64,000 nucleotides of DNA from Oopsacas minuta (GCA_024704765.1 JAKMXF010000066.1:1051883-1115882); one strand, 5' to 3'. Counted from the stretch's first letter, positions 10,074 to 24,188 are shown. The notes: generated by a model from the sequence alone, not told the origin. Numbers and translations: made by a program.

Positions 10074-13000
10074 ATGGCAACAACCGGGATGTATGCTGGC
10101 TGGAGCCCTGCACCATCTTTAGAGGAACATTTACCAATCGAAAAGGTTGAAGCAATTGGAATCTTGCCTCCCGAAGATATTTGTAGTTTTATAGGAAATA
10201 TATCGCGCTCTTTAGGCAATCCTCTTCAAGTTGAACAAATGTATGCCACAGAAACGGGATTGAGGTGGATTTTGCAAGTAAGTTGTAGGTTATGGATGAA
10301 CAAATTAACTGTATTTTAATTTTCCTTTCAGGTCATGTCACACTCACTCTTATTGCCAATGCAGTATAAATCTACCATATTTGAATCGCTTACAATCTAC
10401 AGACATTGGCTCAGTACTTTATCGGGGGAGCGTATAGCAGAAATTGATCGGTTATCTCTTCCAGTGCCTGTATTGACTCGACCTGAGAAGTTTGCCAAAA
10501 TAGCTTTATGTCATCTCCCTAACCTCTTTATATTGAAAGAGTATCCTTCTGAAAATTCAGAAATGGAGATTTTCGATCACATGAAACTCTGTCAGCTTGC
10601 TCTCAGATCAATTCACTGTGTTGGCACAGGTACAGGTGGTGACGTGCTCTCTCAGAGTGCATGGACAACTCTCCTCACCTCTCTCATTGAAATAGGTAGG
10701 TTAATCATATGGGAGAGTTCATTTTGTGTTAATTAAAATGAATTTTATCCTTTTTATTCTATTTGGAGGTGATAAATTTCTGCCATTACCATCCAAATAC
10801 AAAGATTTAGCATCGAACATCTGTGCTGAATTTATCCGTATACTCTTTGACCTATGGGTAAGATCCTGTGCTCACCATTTCCCCTCTCCACCTCTCTGGA
10901 GCAGATTAAAACAATCGTGTATGAATTGGCGTCATCGCACGCCTGTCATAACACAATGGGACAAGATGGTTAATGCTCTTACTAAAGGAATTGTGTTAGA
11001 GATATATACTCAAAATCAAGAGACAGTGCAGGATTCTCCAACAGGGAGACCTATTAGTGGTATTGAGTGGAGGGAAACTGAATTCAGATCTGCAGACTTT
11101 TATCTCGAGAAAGAACCCCTATACCAATGTTGGTATCGATTTCTACATACTATCGGTTAGTTGACAGTCTAATTGTTCCAGGTTATTTCCCAATTTATAT
11201 TTTCTGATAGAGAATTTAAGGAATAATTCTTACAAATATGGTTGTGACCTTATGGAAGATTTTCTACTAATTTGCACTAGAATCACTCAAAATATTCAAC
11301 AGTTATAAATGCTCCAATTAACATAGTTTATCCACTTTGCAAATAATTAACAAAGCATAATTGAGTATAATCTATTATTTAACTAAATTAATAAATTCTT
11401 TTAGCCTCCTACAGGTTTATACTAAATTAATATACACTATTGTAATTGTATGAATATTTCTGATAGGAAATGTAGTGGAGCTATCCTACCCAGATGTAAT
11501 ATTGCGTCAGTTCGATAACGAGGCAACTGAACTAGCTGAAGAACACAAACCAGATTTGACAAACCTTCCAACAATTTTCTGGATTGCATTGCATAGTATT
11601 GACCAACAAGTTGACCTGTTTCTATCTAGCACTAGTCCAAAAGAACAAGTTTTATTTCAAAAGGATTCCACCGCTGGTCAACCAGTAATTTCTATCACTC
11701 CTGCAGCAAATAGACCTAAGGCATTAAGGGGAGCTGCAAGCCTTCCTTCTTCTACCAAAAACATAAAAGCTAGCTCTCTGAGTTCACAATCAACCCAGAA
11801 TATTAATGCAACACCAACACCTAGGTTCCTCTCACCAACTCTCTTATCCCAGACATTATCCACAGCACAACTACAGGCTAAGGCTAGCATTACGTGCATG
11901 CTCCCCGTTACAATGAGAACTAGCGCTAATACACTATTACACATTTTCGGTGCATGGTTATTCGAAGCATGTGTTTGGAAATACAACGATTGTCTCGCTG
12001 TTTTCACGTCTGCTTCTACTCATGTCGACGTCAGAATAACTCCAAGTCAAATTGCAATGAAAGTGTTTGAATCGCAATCACAATGTTCAAAAAGATTCGA
12101 AGCAGGTCGTGCAGAAGCTTTCAGTGCCCTTTGCAAAATATTTTGCCGTCAGCCATGCAAGACGACAATACGACCTGAGTATCTTTCTCGATTTTATGCC
12201 TCAATGATACGTGGATTATCTTTCCAGCCTTACATATGCACGGGAGAAGTGGTGTCAAAAATCTTAGAAGAAGGAAGCGATCTTTTTAGGATTGATTTAC
12301 AAGTTAGTTCTATTCTTCTACCACATTTTTTGGGTATGCTGGAGACAATTTTGCCATTGGAAAAACCTCCTTTTGCTTGTAAACTTACACCAAAGATTAT
12401 TGCAACATTAAGAGGCAGAGCAATCAACATTTTATCCTCAATCATATGTTTCCCACTTCACTTTCAACATCTGCAAATTACAGATTTGTCTAGATTTGTG
12501 ACACAAGGGAAAAGATATCAAAATGAGATAGATCCTCAAACTCATATGACATACCTTTCGCTGAGAGATCGTATCACAAAACTCGTATTTGATGCAATAT
12601 TGAAAGAAAATGATGCTATCAATATCTGTACACTTTTGAGCATACTTCAGGGTAAGTATTATGCACTATGTTAGCTTTCAAAACAACATATCAAATTGCC
12701 ATAGTATAATTGACACTCAACAACATGAAGTATAATAGATTTCTCTCAAATGTAATTGTTGAATACATTTTGTAGTTGTACTTAATGACAGTTCATCCTA
12801 CGACAATTCCTTGGCTCGCAAAAGAAACTCAAACTTGAAGGAAGACTTTCAGGATGACCAATCGACCTATCGAATAACTTTTAGCACAAAGCAAACTTAC
12901 AACGTGTTTGTTGAATCCTGTCACTTTGCAGAGAAAATTCTACAAGAATGGAATTTTCGGATCGGTAATTTAGATGTAGTTTTAGCTGCATTCGAGCTAT

Positions 13001-16000
13001 TGAAATGTGTTGCGAGAATCAGGATTGAAGACATTGACACACGAACTCGATCAGAAGTGTTGATTTGTATTCACGAATTCATTTTGCCTCCACCATCAGA
13101 GGTAAGTTCACGAAAAATTGTTCAAATAAATAAATATTTGATTGCAAGGATTAAGCCATGATTGCTTTCATTAATAACGTTTCATATTTTCAAGATCTCT
13201 AAACCACAACATGTATTCTTATGCATTGTATTGTGTTGTATAGGATGGTTTTGAAAAGCCACAATATAAGCATCAAACGCGTGACAGACATACACAACTT
13301 GTTGCTGCCTTCAATACTGCCCAACAGTGGTTGTTAGCTTATCCGGCGCTACTCAAGGTAGTTTGATATACGTTATACTTAACCAGTAATATTATAATTC
13401 GATAAAAAAACATTATTGGCAAGATACAAATATGACGTATATAACTTGTAATTTTGAGGTGTTACCTTGAAATACCTGAAAAACCTTTGTATTATCATTT
13501 AAGGTTTCTATTGATAGTATCAGTAATTGAATGAAGCCAGGAAGACTGATAGTAGTTTAAAATCTTTACTGTTCAACAACCTTATGATATATGGTCAAAT
13601 GAAGTATTTGTAGATTATTTCACCACCAAAAAATATATATCAATAACGTATTACAAAAGTCTTGTGGCTTGACATCAATAGCCTTGTAATTATCTTAATG
13701 ACATGTGATTCTATTTCTGAAAAGGCCCTTATACGTACTTAAGTTCTATTATTATGTGAATAACTATTATCTGATTGAGAGCTCGATTAAATTCAAAATG
13801 TTAAATATTCGTTCATTGTAATTTAATTTTTTTCCTATGTAATGTGCGGACTATAGTATAGTGTTTTCAAACAAAATATAATTGGCAGGAGGATGTATGT
13901 TTGAGGAAAATGATGGAAATAATAGAGATCGGCCTATCTGGATTTCCTTCTAGGCAAAGTAATGTTGACGAATCAAAGACAATTTTCAAAGAGGATAAAG
14001 TTCGAGGATATCCTTCCACTCGAGTTCTAGAAGCAGCTGAAGCACTTCTAACGACAGCTGTGGAACTTGTCAATTCGTTTCCAAGTCCATCAGGTCCAGA
14101 AACATCATGTTCTCTCCTAGATGAAGCATCTATCTTAGAGTGTCTAACTCCCGAAATGAAGAAAATTTCTAAATTTAGATATTACGTATTGAATAATTCA
14201 ATAATAATAGGGCTACTATCTGGGCCATTAGCGAAGCAAGAAGAGGACACAGCGCAAATATCGACTGCACTTCCTACTGTTACAATGCTTTTAAGATGTG
14301 TAACTGGAAAGCATGTTTGGACGTTCCAAATGAGACATTTCCCAAGAGGAAAAACTGTTGACCCTACACTACTGAAGAGTGCTGAAAGACCGCCATTAGG
14401 TAAGAACTTACACGAAATTTTCTAGTGGATACAAACTATAGAAAATATAATACAAAATTGGTATCCAATTTCCATTAATTTATCACTTGAATTTTATAAT
14501 TTTGTTAGGTGAACAACCACAAATTAAGTTACCAGTAGACACAACTCCCTGGCCAGATTTTGATACTCCTGAGGAGTCTGTTGCTGCAGAACATTCTATT
14601 CCAACAGTACATGATATATTAGAGGGAGGAAGTCTTAGAGAAGAGAACAAGGAGTTCTTGGAATTTGTAGATAGACAACGTGAGATGGAGCGAGAGCTAG
14701 AAGCTTTGGCACTAGAAAGAAAGATCCATCAACTTTATCCTAATCCTAATCTAATATCAGAACCTGAACAGCCTAAAACAGATTTCCAAGCGGAAAGATT
14801 GCTACTGAATAGTTTAGGCTTGTTGCAAGCTGGGCATTTAGCGGAATTGGATTCTAGTAAGGAAGGGTGAGTTGGAATCTATTGATAATCGTCAAACTTA
14901 ACTTAAATTAGCAGTCAACCTAGACACTTTACTCTCTAATGATAAAGTCTACGAAGTAAGCAATCAGCTGTACTCATTTGGTTGCAAAACAATATATTAT
15001 TCATTATTGAGTGGTTTGTTTGTTAAATCAAAATTTAGTTCTTATCTGTCCATAACCATGACATGATGTCGATATGTAATCTGAAAGCAATTACGTGACA
15101 ATTACAGATCACAATAAGTTAATTTATTCATTGAATATTCGAATAGCTACGACACATTGATCACCATAGAATTAGTATTCATATTTATTGACATTTAATA
15201 TAATCATGAGCCAACAGTGTGTAGGCTGTCTTCTATAAGATGTGGATATGTTCCCAAGATGTTATTTAAATTCAGACATAATATGTCTCTTGTTAATAAC
15301 AACTTATGAATTAATTATGATAAGTAAAATCAATTAGAAAATCACTCTAATATGCCAACTAGATAACAAACCCTAGCTAACTGTAAGAGCATATTTGCAG
15401 CTGATTTGGCAGATTGCAATTTACTGATCATTGTAGTTATCATTGTCTTTTCCACGCGGTAATGAAGTGTTACCTCCGATTCGCTAATATACGTAGTAGC
15501 TCTATACAATTGAATTTTAAAAGTTGGCTTAGCCATAAGCTATAGTTTTTTTAATTTATTGAACAATTAGTAGACTCTAAAACGGCGAACAGTTCCATTT
15601 AAAATAATACCTTTGATGATTCAATTAGAACAATTTAATAGTGTTACATAGTTTACATTCTCTCCTAGCCATCTCAAATGTCTTAATTAATTTGAATCTG
15701 CCTCCAACTATCACTCCCTCTCTTAATATTCGTTTAAAATCCAGGTGTTGTGGATATGTATCCTATTCGACACTTGATATTCTAAGAAATTGTACATGTC
15801 ACTCATGTTAAGGGACGCTGTTGGAGTGATAAGTTTTCTAATCATCACATATTGATTACCTTTCACCGAAGTATATTTAATAAGCTAACAAGATAATCTA
15901 CCAAATCAGTCATTTCATCAAGTTCGAGATCTCAGTGCCAGCGTATTTGATGCTGTGTATATGCCTCAATATATTTGATCAGTCAGTTAATTAACTCAAC

Positions 16001-18041
16001 ATTTTTGATCTATGATACCATATTTCTTAAGGATATAATTTCTGGGGTTAACTTAAGTAAAGTAACGTCGAAAATTACGAAAGCCTTAGTAATGGCAGTT
16101 AATAATGTGAATATATGTTTAGCTTCAAACGTGCTCTGCAAGTGCTAGACAATATGCCTGTTCGAAATAGTAACACAGTTTTCCTACTCTACGTACAATC
16201 AGGTCGCACTAGCCTAATGGAAGTTGTTGACTACAAGCCTCAGGCTATGCGGAATAATCAACATTACTATAGTTTCTTACAGTCGCTAGGATGGCCACGT
16301 GATCCCACTACTCATGTGGGATTCAGAGGAAAAGTCCCTCAAGATAAATCTTTCATCACACCAAAGCTTTCTCCGGAAAGACACTTTCTATACTATACAG
16401 ATCAAATGACAGAGATTGCATTTGTGTTTCCAGAACCTCTTGAGACTTTGGGATCATCTGGAAGTCTAATGTCCTCAGATTCTTATGAAAGTCTTAACAT
16501 TAGTGATATCCCTAGCTCTTACCCACAGGTAGATACGAGTACCGGTGAATAATTAGCAATACTTCTATCTTAATGTTTATAGTCCTCACGCACTCCACCT
16601 GAGAATATCTCTATCAACACTGACCTAGGAAGCTTACCACACTCAGATAGAGACAGTGGGAAAGTTAAAACTCCGAGAAGAGATACTTATAGCATAGACA
16701 AAGAAGACAGCACTTCCAACAACTCATCTATAACCACACCCAATTATGAGATTCCAAAATTGAATCTACCAATGCAACGCCAACCTACACCAAATCTAAC
16801 ACAAGAGATGATGACGTCAGGGGGTGAGGCTTCTATATACCCGTCATTAAGTGGACATTTCAAGGTGACAGGTGTTGCGAGTGAGAGTGAGTTAATCGCA
16901 GTCAAATCTACCTCCAGGAAGAGACAGAAGCAACATTGTGGGTAAGTAACGAAATTTGTATTCACTCTGTGAAATCTTATACCAATTGTATTTTAGAACT
17001 ATTGTAGTTTGGCTCGAATGCTTTGAAGATCATGTAAACTTTCCATTACAACAGATAATCGAGCTATTCGTTCTGGACACCTATTTAACGCCTGGCGGCA
17101 AGAGAAGACTGAATACAAGCCAAAATTCATACGACAGACTTACCAACACTCCTCCTGTAATATTTATATATCGATTGCAAAATGGATTGTTTAGGATACA
17201 CAGACCTGGCCCTTTGTTTCCAACTTCTCCCGCTACTACAAGTTTCAACCCAATGCCAGCTGGTCCTCTGCTAAATGGGTAAGATTCATATCTGTTAAGT
17301 GTTAATCTACTGAATATTTGAATTCATGTGTAGATTCATTGGTATTTTGTAGGTGGATTTCTACTACTAGCTTTAATCTTGTGGTTTATTATAGGCTAGA
17401 AATTTTGTCTATTATGGCTACATACTCATGTTGTATTTTAGAATCCCTCGTGGACTTTACAAATACATTCAAAATTTATCTGGCGAACTTATCTTCGCTA
17501 AAGTATATATTTACCAATTTGCTTTCGATGCATTGGTATGGCAGAATAATTAGATATGCTTAAAATTACATACTTGATACTTACCAATATGATGGTTTAC
17601 TTTATAATACTACGTTCAAGCACAATTTCGGAGCTATATGCACAATCAAATCTATCAACGTCTATAAAACCTGATTTACTCTGTCTGACAGCAATTGAGT
17701 TAGTACTTTCGTAAATGCGAGCTAAAAATTGGATTTTTTACCATATTTTGTAAATGTATTTATTTAAAAATTAATTCGAAATTACAGCAAGAAAATTCAA
17801 TTTGCTTTTGTGAATTTCTAATTTAATTAATTTGTATTTGCGTAGGTTTACATGTGGGCCGCGTGATTTAGCTCGACTTGTTCGTGAGACAACTCTCAAC
17901 ATTTGCTGGGAACACAGATTATCCGGTGATGAATATTCTCCCCCTGAATTTCTTAGAAGACGTCGAATTGAAGATATTGTACAAATCTATAAACTTCTAC
18001 ATGATACTCAATCCAAGTTAATCACACGGTTATTCATGTAA
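10074..18041 (+). CDS. RALGAPB: Ral GTPase-activating protein subunit beta, 12 exons
   Basis: Phase-consistent exons 10074-10277, 10332-10695, 10769-11155, 11467-12651, 12776-13101, 13244-13357, 13889-14399, 14509-14866, 16123-16528, 16583-16941, 16997-17278, 17846-18041. Motifs FPSPPLW..NWRHRTPVITQW, CWYRFLH, FEAGRAEA, GPLLNG, YSPPEFLRRRRI match RalGAPbeta. Confidence 0.88.
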
Positions 18042-18278
18042 GAATTCAGATTTAATTTGTTTAAATTTTGTTCTCATATATATATATCAATTCGAATAAT
18101 ACGATAGAAAAATTAACTAATGAGATAATTGTTGTTGAATTCATAGTGAGTTATATTGAATAATATTATCAAAGGTGTTTGGCAAAAACTTTACGATTCA
18201 CAATCAACTTTTGTGTAACAAATTCTAAAACAATAATACCAGCATATTTTAGTTGCTGCAAATTAGTGTAGAGTAAAA

Positions 18279-20094
18279 ATGAAACGGATGCAAGAAATTA
18301 TAGGCATGATTCCTGACTCTGTCACAGATTTTATGCCAAGCGATTTCGGTTTAAAAAAAGTGAGTGCATACCTGGAGAATATTCGAGTTCATCCTCTTTA
18401 CCCACTGCTTCAAAACTTAGTTGACAAAACAGCCGCATATCGTTCGATATTAACAACACCCGATCCTGATAAGCTAGAAAGCTTCTTGAATCAGCATAAC
18501 AGCCCAACAAATTTTGCTTCGGAAATCCAGGATTTTGTAAAGCGAAGTGAGCCAGAACACACACCCTTATTCACAGAAGACAAAGAGATAAACACCCTTG
18601 TATTGTTCTCCATCAAAATGCTATACTTCTATCTCCAATACTTACACGAATGTTGTGTTCTCTCGCATACATATGTACACAACTACATCGATGTACTCAA
18701 ACAAAATAGACATCGTAATGATGGACTGCCAATGCACAGAGAATTGAATGGCAAAACTAATAATGTAAATGTAGACTTTACACCTGACGGACTACATCTA
18801 ATTCCACATAATGAAATAGCTGAAAAAGATGAAGCAAAACAACGTGCCAAAAATGATATTATTTTCGAGTCAAACACGAAAATAAATGAACGAATACGAT
18901 TCCCAGAGAAGGGAATATATTTCCAAGAATGCCCAAGCAAACCAGAAGATCAACAATTCGCCAAGTCTGCAATGTTATTGCCACACGATCCTCAAAATCG
19001 GAATTGGCCATTCCCGACTCCAGATAAGTCATTCGTTGCTACTCCACCTCCAGTACCTAACGGGACACACACAACACCAAGATTTACAAAAAGATCCAAC
19101 CTTCCACGACCAGCGGTAGACATTCTAAAATCTTGGCTTTTCAATCATTTAGTGCATCCGTATCCTACTGAAGAGGAGAAAAGATCTCTGGCTCAGCAAA
19201 CCAATCTAAATCTCACTCAGGTAAACAATTGGTTCATCAACGCTCGAAGACGTATCTTACAGCCAATGCTAGAACCTCGCTCCCAAGTGAACCTCACAAA
19301 CATTCAACAAGCGAATATGCAGTCCAACATACAGCCGCAACAAATTCTTCAAACTCCTATCCAACAACCAAACCCAAATACTAAATACCCAGTATTCACG
19401 CTTACTCCAGGTCCTCTCATGCCTCTGAGCCATGAACAAGGAATTTGTAACAACACAGATTTCTTGGTGCAAGCTGGACAAGTACTAGCACAAGGTTAGA
19501 TAATTATACGACTTTGTTATCCTAACTACTTAGTAATTTATAACCTCTTTTCGTAGGCGCTGCATTCAGTAACAGTTCTGGTTCAAACACTGCACAGCTA
19601 GTGACAACAATGGGGGGCACTCCCATAACAACAGTGACTCAACCAATTGTGATGCGAGGCCCCAATGATGCCATATTTCCCACGCAACCACAAACAATTA
19701 ACACAGGACAAGCCACCACTTTCCTATCACAAGATCCCAACAGACCAGGGACTTACACGGTAACACAGGGTGGAGTAAACGTGTTCTCGCCTCCCATAAC
19801 TAACATAAAGAATGAATTAGATCCAGATAATCCGCAGATTATTGTTCCAGAGGAACAACAGCAACTTACAATTGTCACTACACCACAGATCATCCCTCCT
19901 AATAGTAAGTGAAAAGCTGATTATAATTTCTGCTTACTTTATGGGAAATCCCTTAGTCATGTATTTTGTTGTATAATATGTACTATGGATTAACGTATAT
20001 AAATATTTCAATAGATTCTACTGCTCATGTTTACCAGACACCCCGTGTATTGCTCGCACCTCTTCCCCAGACAGTCCCACCTGTATCCGACTAA
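18279..20094 (+). CDS. PKNOX1: TALE-class homeobox transcription factor, PKNOX/Prep-like (MEIS domain plus homeodomain)
   Basis: [10 protein letters not shown] (MEIS-A). Homeodomain [48 protein letters not shown] is closer to PKNOX than MEIS. Exons 18279-19494, 19557-19904, 20015-20094. Confidence 0.85.
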
Positions 20095-20652
20095 TAATAT
20101 CCACTCAAATTGCTTGAAAAAAGATGAATTTATGTTATAAATGGAAATAGCCAACCACTCTTCACTATCTAATATGAATAGAGAGTTACCCCTTCCCCTA
20201 GAGCCAAAAGTTTGATACAGCCACTCATTTGTATAAGTAGTTCTAGTTTATGTATGCTGTTTTATTATTGTCCCAATTGCTGTAATATAATTGTCTTATG
20301 CTCGATATTAATGTATTCCTAGTGGCAATAAATACAATTTACATATTATGTTTATAGAGCAGATAAAAAACGCAAGACATCAATAATTCAGTATAATTTC
20401 CAAGTAATTGTATTAGACTAGTACATAAACTTAGTATGAACATAGGCAGTGCATTTAGCAGCATTCTCTTTGATCACATAAATATTTATCTATTGGTTAA
20501 ATGTATAAATTGTGATCCCATTTCATAGATTTGGCAAAGAAAGTTCTCTTACACTCTGATACCTTGGTGTATGGCAGCTGTTCCATGGAACTCTATACCA
20601 AAGTAATCCAGCTAGGAGGGGGTTCTATGGAGTGTGAAGGCGCCCGTGCAGT

Positions 20653-20701
20653 CGTCCGTGGACCGCCAGGGGTTCAAGGACCCTAGGTTGGGAACTACTT
20701 G
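20653..20701. mobile_element. Possible terminal remnant of a hAT/Charlie-like non-autonomous element
   Basis: GC-rich GTCCGTGGACCGCCAGGGGTTCAAGGACCCTAGGTTGGGAACTACT resembles hAT-MITE right ends. No matching left end found. Confidence 0.3.
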
Positions 20702-20819
20702 TTAATGGGATAATATTTGTTGTCATGTTAATTAATTCACAATTCATGATCCAATGTTTATCCAATCTGTTATCTAGATTAGAATTACAAATCAATCACA
20801 TTCACTTGCCAAAATATAA

Positions 20820-23800
20820 ATGAATAATAGGTCAGAAATGATCGATGAAGAACTAGGCTGTATTAAAAAATTCGATTCATGGAATGAACATGAACAAATC
20901 GAGTTTGTGAAAGAGCTGATCTCAAGGATGGCATTTCATCAACAAGAAAAGGTCAACAGTTTTCTAGAACCAATCCTACAACGAGATTTCATATCAGAAT
21001 TAGCTAATCGTGGTCTGGACAACATCGCTTGTTATATTCTCAGCTCACTGGTCAGTTTATTATATATTTTACCCATAAATGTTAACCAATTCGTTATTTT
21101 AAGATTCCATATTTTACCATTTACATCCAAATTGAGATAATCCATCATTCATTTACCGAATATTTTGTAATAATAGCATTGATATATATGTATGCGCACT
21201 CTGCTGTCAAATTTCGTCCCGTTTATAGATGGATTAAGAGTGTTAGAAGGTTGTCAGAACATTTATATCGCACACATAACTGTGGCGAATTAAGATATAA
21301 GCATATTGGACAGACTGTAAAGGTAGCTGGATGGTTACAAAAACCAAGAATAATTACAAATAGTGATGTCATACCGTTGTTTATCCCAATACAAGACATG
21401 TATGGTGTAACACAAGCAGTAACGAAAGAGCCTACTCTGAAGAAAATTGTTAAACAGACTCCTATAGATTCCATAGTTTCGATTGAGGGAATTGTGATAG
21501 AGAGAATAAGTCCAAATCCTAATCTCCGAACTGGACAGATAGAAATAGTTGTAAATAAAATAGAAATATTAAATCAATGTGAAAATTTGCACTATACGAC
21601 AAAGTCCCATTCTAAAAACGTTAGTCATTGTCTAGCCAATCATACTCGTTATTTATATCTGAGAAGACAACAAAACATCGAAGTTCTAAAGAAGCGCAGC
21701 GAATTCATACATTTTCTCTCCAACTATCTTCACATTAAGCATAACTTTATTGAAATTGAGACACCTATTTTATCCAAAAAGTCACCAGAAGGCGCAAAGG
21801 AATTTATTGTACCATCTTCAAACCTGAAAAGGCAATTCTATACCCTCTCACAAAGTCCACAGCAGTATAAACAACTACTGATGGTCTCATCTATTGATAA
21901 ATACTTCCAGATTGCCAAATGTTTCCGTGACGAGATACACACAGCTCAAAGACAGATCGAGTTCTCACAACTTGACTTAGAAATGGCATTTGTGACCCAA
22001 GATGACGTCATAAATCTTATAGAAGAAATGGTTTGTCAAGCTATTGAGAACATTTGCCCAAAATCAGCCCTGTTAGAGAGACCCTTTCCTAGATTGACTT
22101 ATCAAGCAGCTATGAAACAGTATAATACTGATAAACCCGATTTGCGATCCGCAGGTACGAAAGATAAGTTGGCTTTCGCCTGGATTCAGGATTTCCCGCT
22201 TTTCACAAAGACGACACAAGGTGTTATAATGTCAACACACCATCCGTTTACAACACATCATATAGACGATGCTGATCTAATATACAGTGACCCATTGAGA
22301 GCACGTGGACAGAGTTATGACTTAGTTTTGAATGGTGTTGAAGTGGGTGGTGGTTCTATCCGTGTACACCAGGCTGCTCTACAGAAACACATCATAGAGA
22401 ATATTCTGAAAGAAGATTCGTCTCACTTACAGCATCTCATAACTGCTTTAGGACATGGTTGCCCCCCTCATGGTGGATTCGCATTAGGCCTAGACAGAAT
22501 TCTAATGATTCTACTGGGAAGATTGAATGCGAATGATGTTATAGCTTTTCCAAAGTCATCAGCTGGGAGGGATAATACTGTAGGATCTCCAGGGAACTTA
22601 TCACAAGCGGAGTTATCAGAATATGAACTCTGTTTTAAATCATAGAATTTGTATTTAGGAAATCGTTATATGCAATCAATCACTTTTTGATTACAGTATT
22701 CTCAAATTTAACTGCTATTATATGTTAGCGCTGGATTGATGCATCATATATAAGGTTATATATATATATATGTTATGTATTTTTAGGACGAGCGTTCTCT
22801 GTGCCGGGCAGAGCTGGTGTGTCGAACTTGGTATGACGTAATAATGAAAGCGAAACTTTGGCGGAAGCTAATCATGCATAATATCAGAACACAACCTTTA
22901 TGGAGAGGATTGGCTGAGCGGAGGAAATGGGGTCAGTTTCTTATAGGGCGTGGTTCAGGCGAAATTGCTCCTATAGGAGGAAGACTTCAATTATCTGGGA
23001 GATATTACAGACTCCTATACCCGTGTATTATCCAGGTATGTACATTTTTCAGCTAATAATAAATGCAGAATTTATTTTTCCTATTTGTAAAGGATATCAA
23101 AGTTTTGGAGAAAAATTGGCAAACTGGAATACCAAGGATGAATATTATTCAATGTAATAGCTCTAATAGTAAAGGAGTTTATTGTCTACAGTACGATGAT
23201 AGGAAGATTGTATCTGGCTTGAGAGATAATACTATTAAAATATGGGAGCGTGATACCCTTAATTGTGTACAGGTAAATATTCTAATTTTATCTGTGTAAA
23301 ATAGGCTGTAATGTTAAAATTATTTATAATTAGATTCTAAAAGGGCATACAGGAAGTGTATTATGTCTACAGTACGATGAGAATGTAATTATAAGTGGGA
23401 GTTCCGACTCTACAATTCGTGTATGGGATGTCCACACAGGTGTGATGATAAAGACTCTTATTCATCACTGCGAAGCCGTCTTACACTTAAGATTTGATGG
23501 AGTTAACATGGTAACTTGTTCGAAGGACCGAACTATAGCAGTTTGGGTTGTAAACTCTTCCAATGATATTGTACTACGTCGTGTATTAGTTGGTCATAGA
23601 GCTGCAGTCAATGTTGTTGATTTTGATGACAAATTTATCGTGAGCGCAAGTGGTGACCGTACGATTAAAGTATGGCGTACTTCTACTTGCGAGTTTATTC
23701 GTACACTTCAGGGCCATCGTAGAGGTATAGCCTGTTTGCAGTATAGAGATAATCTAGTTGTGAGTGGATCTAGTGATAATTCAATACGGTTATGGGATAT

Positions 23801-24188
23801 CCATACTGGACAATGTTTGAGGATATTGGAGGGGCATGAAGAATTGGTCAGATGCATACGATTTGATGATAAGAGGATTGTTTCAGGTGCCTACGATGGG
23901 AAAATTAAAGTTTGGGATCTAGAAGCTGCTATGAACCCGAGAGTACCTACCGCTACACTATGCATACGCACTTTAGACGAGCACACTGGGCGGGTCTTTC
24001 GTCTACAATTCGATTCATTTCAGATAATTTCAAGCTCACACGATGATACAATTCTAATCTGGGATTTCTTAGACCAGCGTTCACCTGATCACGAATTGAC
24101 ACGACAAGAAGAACAAGAAGTTTCTAGTAACAACCAAATGTCAAGCTTTGATTATTATCAAGAATTTTTATACTCTGATAATACATAA
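20820..24188 (+). CDS. BTRC: beta-TrCP (F-box/WD40; BTRC/FBXW11 ortholog), 4 exons; intron 1 hosts DARS2
   Basis: Exons 20820-21050, 22787-23035, 23093-23272, 23334-24188, all phase 0. D-domain ([17 protein letters not shown]), F-box split as YILSSL|[15 protein letters not shown], seven WD40 repeats ([31 protein letters not shown]). Confidence 0.95.
21188..22645 (+). CDS. DARS2: Mitochondrial (bacterial-type) aspartyl-tRNA synthetase, intronless, nested on the same strand in beta-TrCP intron 1
   Basis: [41 protein letters not shown], motif 2 [26 protein letters not shown], motif 3 [12 protein letters not shown]. First ATG at 21188. Confidence 0.93.
   Translation: MYAHSAVKFRPVYRWIKSVRRLSEHLYRTHNCGELRYKHIGQTVKVAGWLQKPRIITNSDVIPLFIPIQDMYGVTQAVTKEPTLKKIVKQTPIDSIVSIEGIVIERISPNPNLRTGQIEIVVNKIEILNQCENLHYTTKSHSKNVSHCLANHTRYLYLRRQQNIEVLKKRSEFIHFLSNYLHIKHNFIEIETPILSKKSPEGAKEFIVPSSNLKRQFYTLSQSPQQYKQLLMVSSIDKYFQIAKCFRDEIHTAQRQIEFSQLDLEMAFVTQDDVINLIEEMVCQAIENICPKSALLERPFPRLTYQAAMKQYNTDKPDLRSAGTKDKLAFAWIQDFPLFTKTTQGVIMSTHHPFTTHHIDDADLIYSDPLRARGQSYDLVLNGVEVGGGSIRVHQAALQKHIIENILKEDSSHLQHLITALGHGCPPHGGFALGLDRILMILLGRLNANDVIAFPKSSAGRDNTVGSPGNLSQAELSEYELCFKS

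Noticed and set aside
14909-14960. Possible extra RALGAPB exon (AVNLDTLLSNDKVYE) and a VDMYPIR-like fragment near 15750
   Set aside because: Not phase-compatible. Exon 14866 joins 16123 directly in phase 2 (SKEG|FKRAL), and the second fragment contains a stop.
15342-15536. 64-aa minus-strand ORF in the long RALGAPB intron as a third nested gene
   Set aside because: Short, no motif, and within chance expectation.
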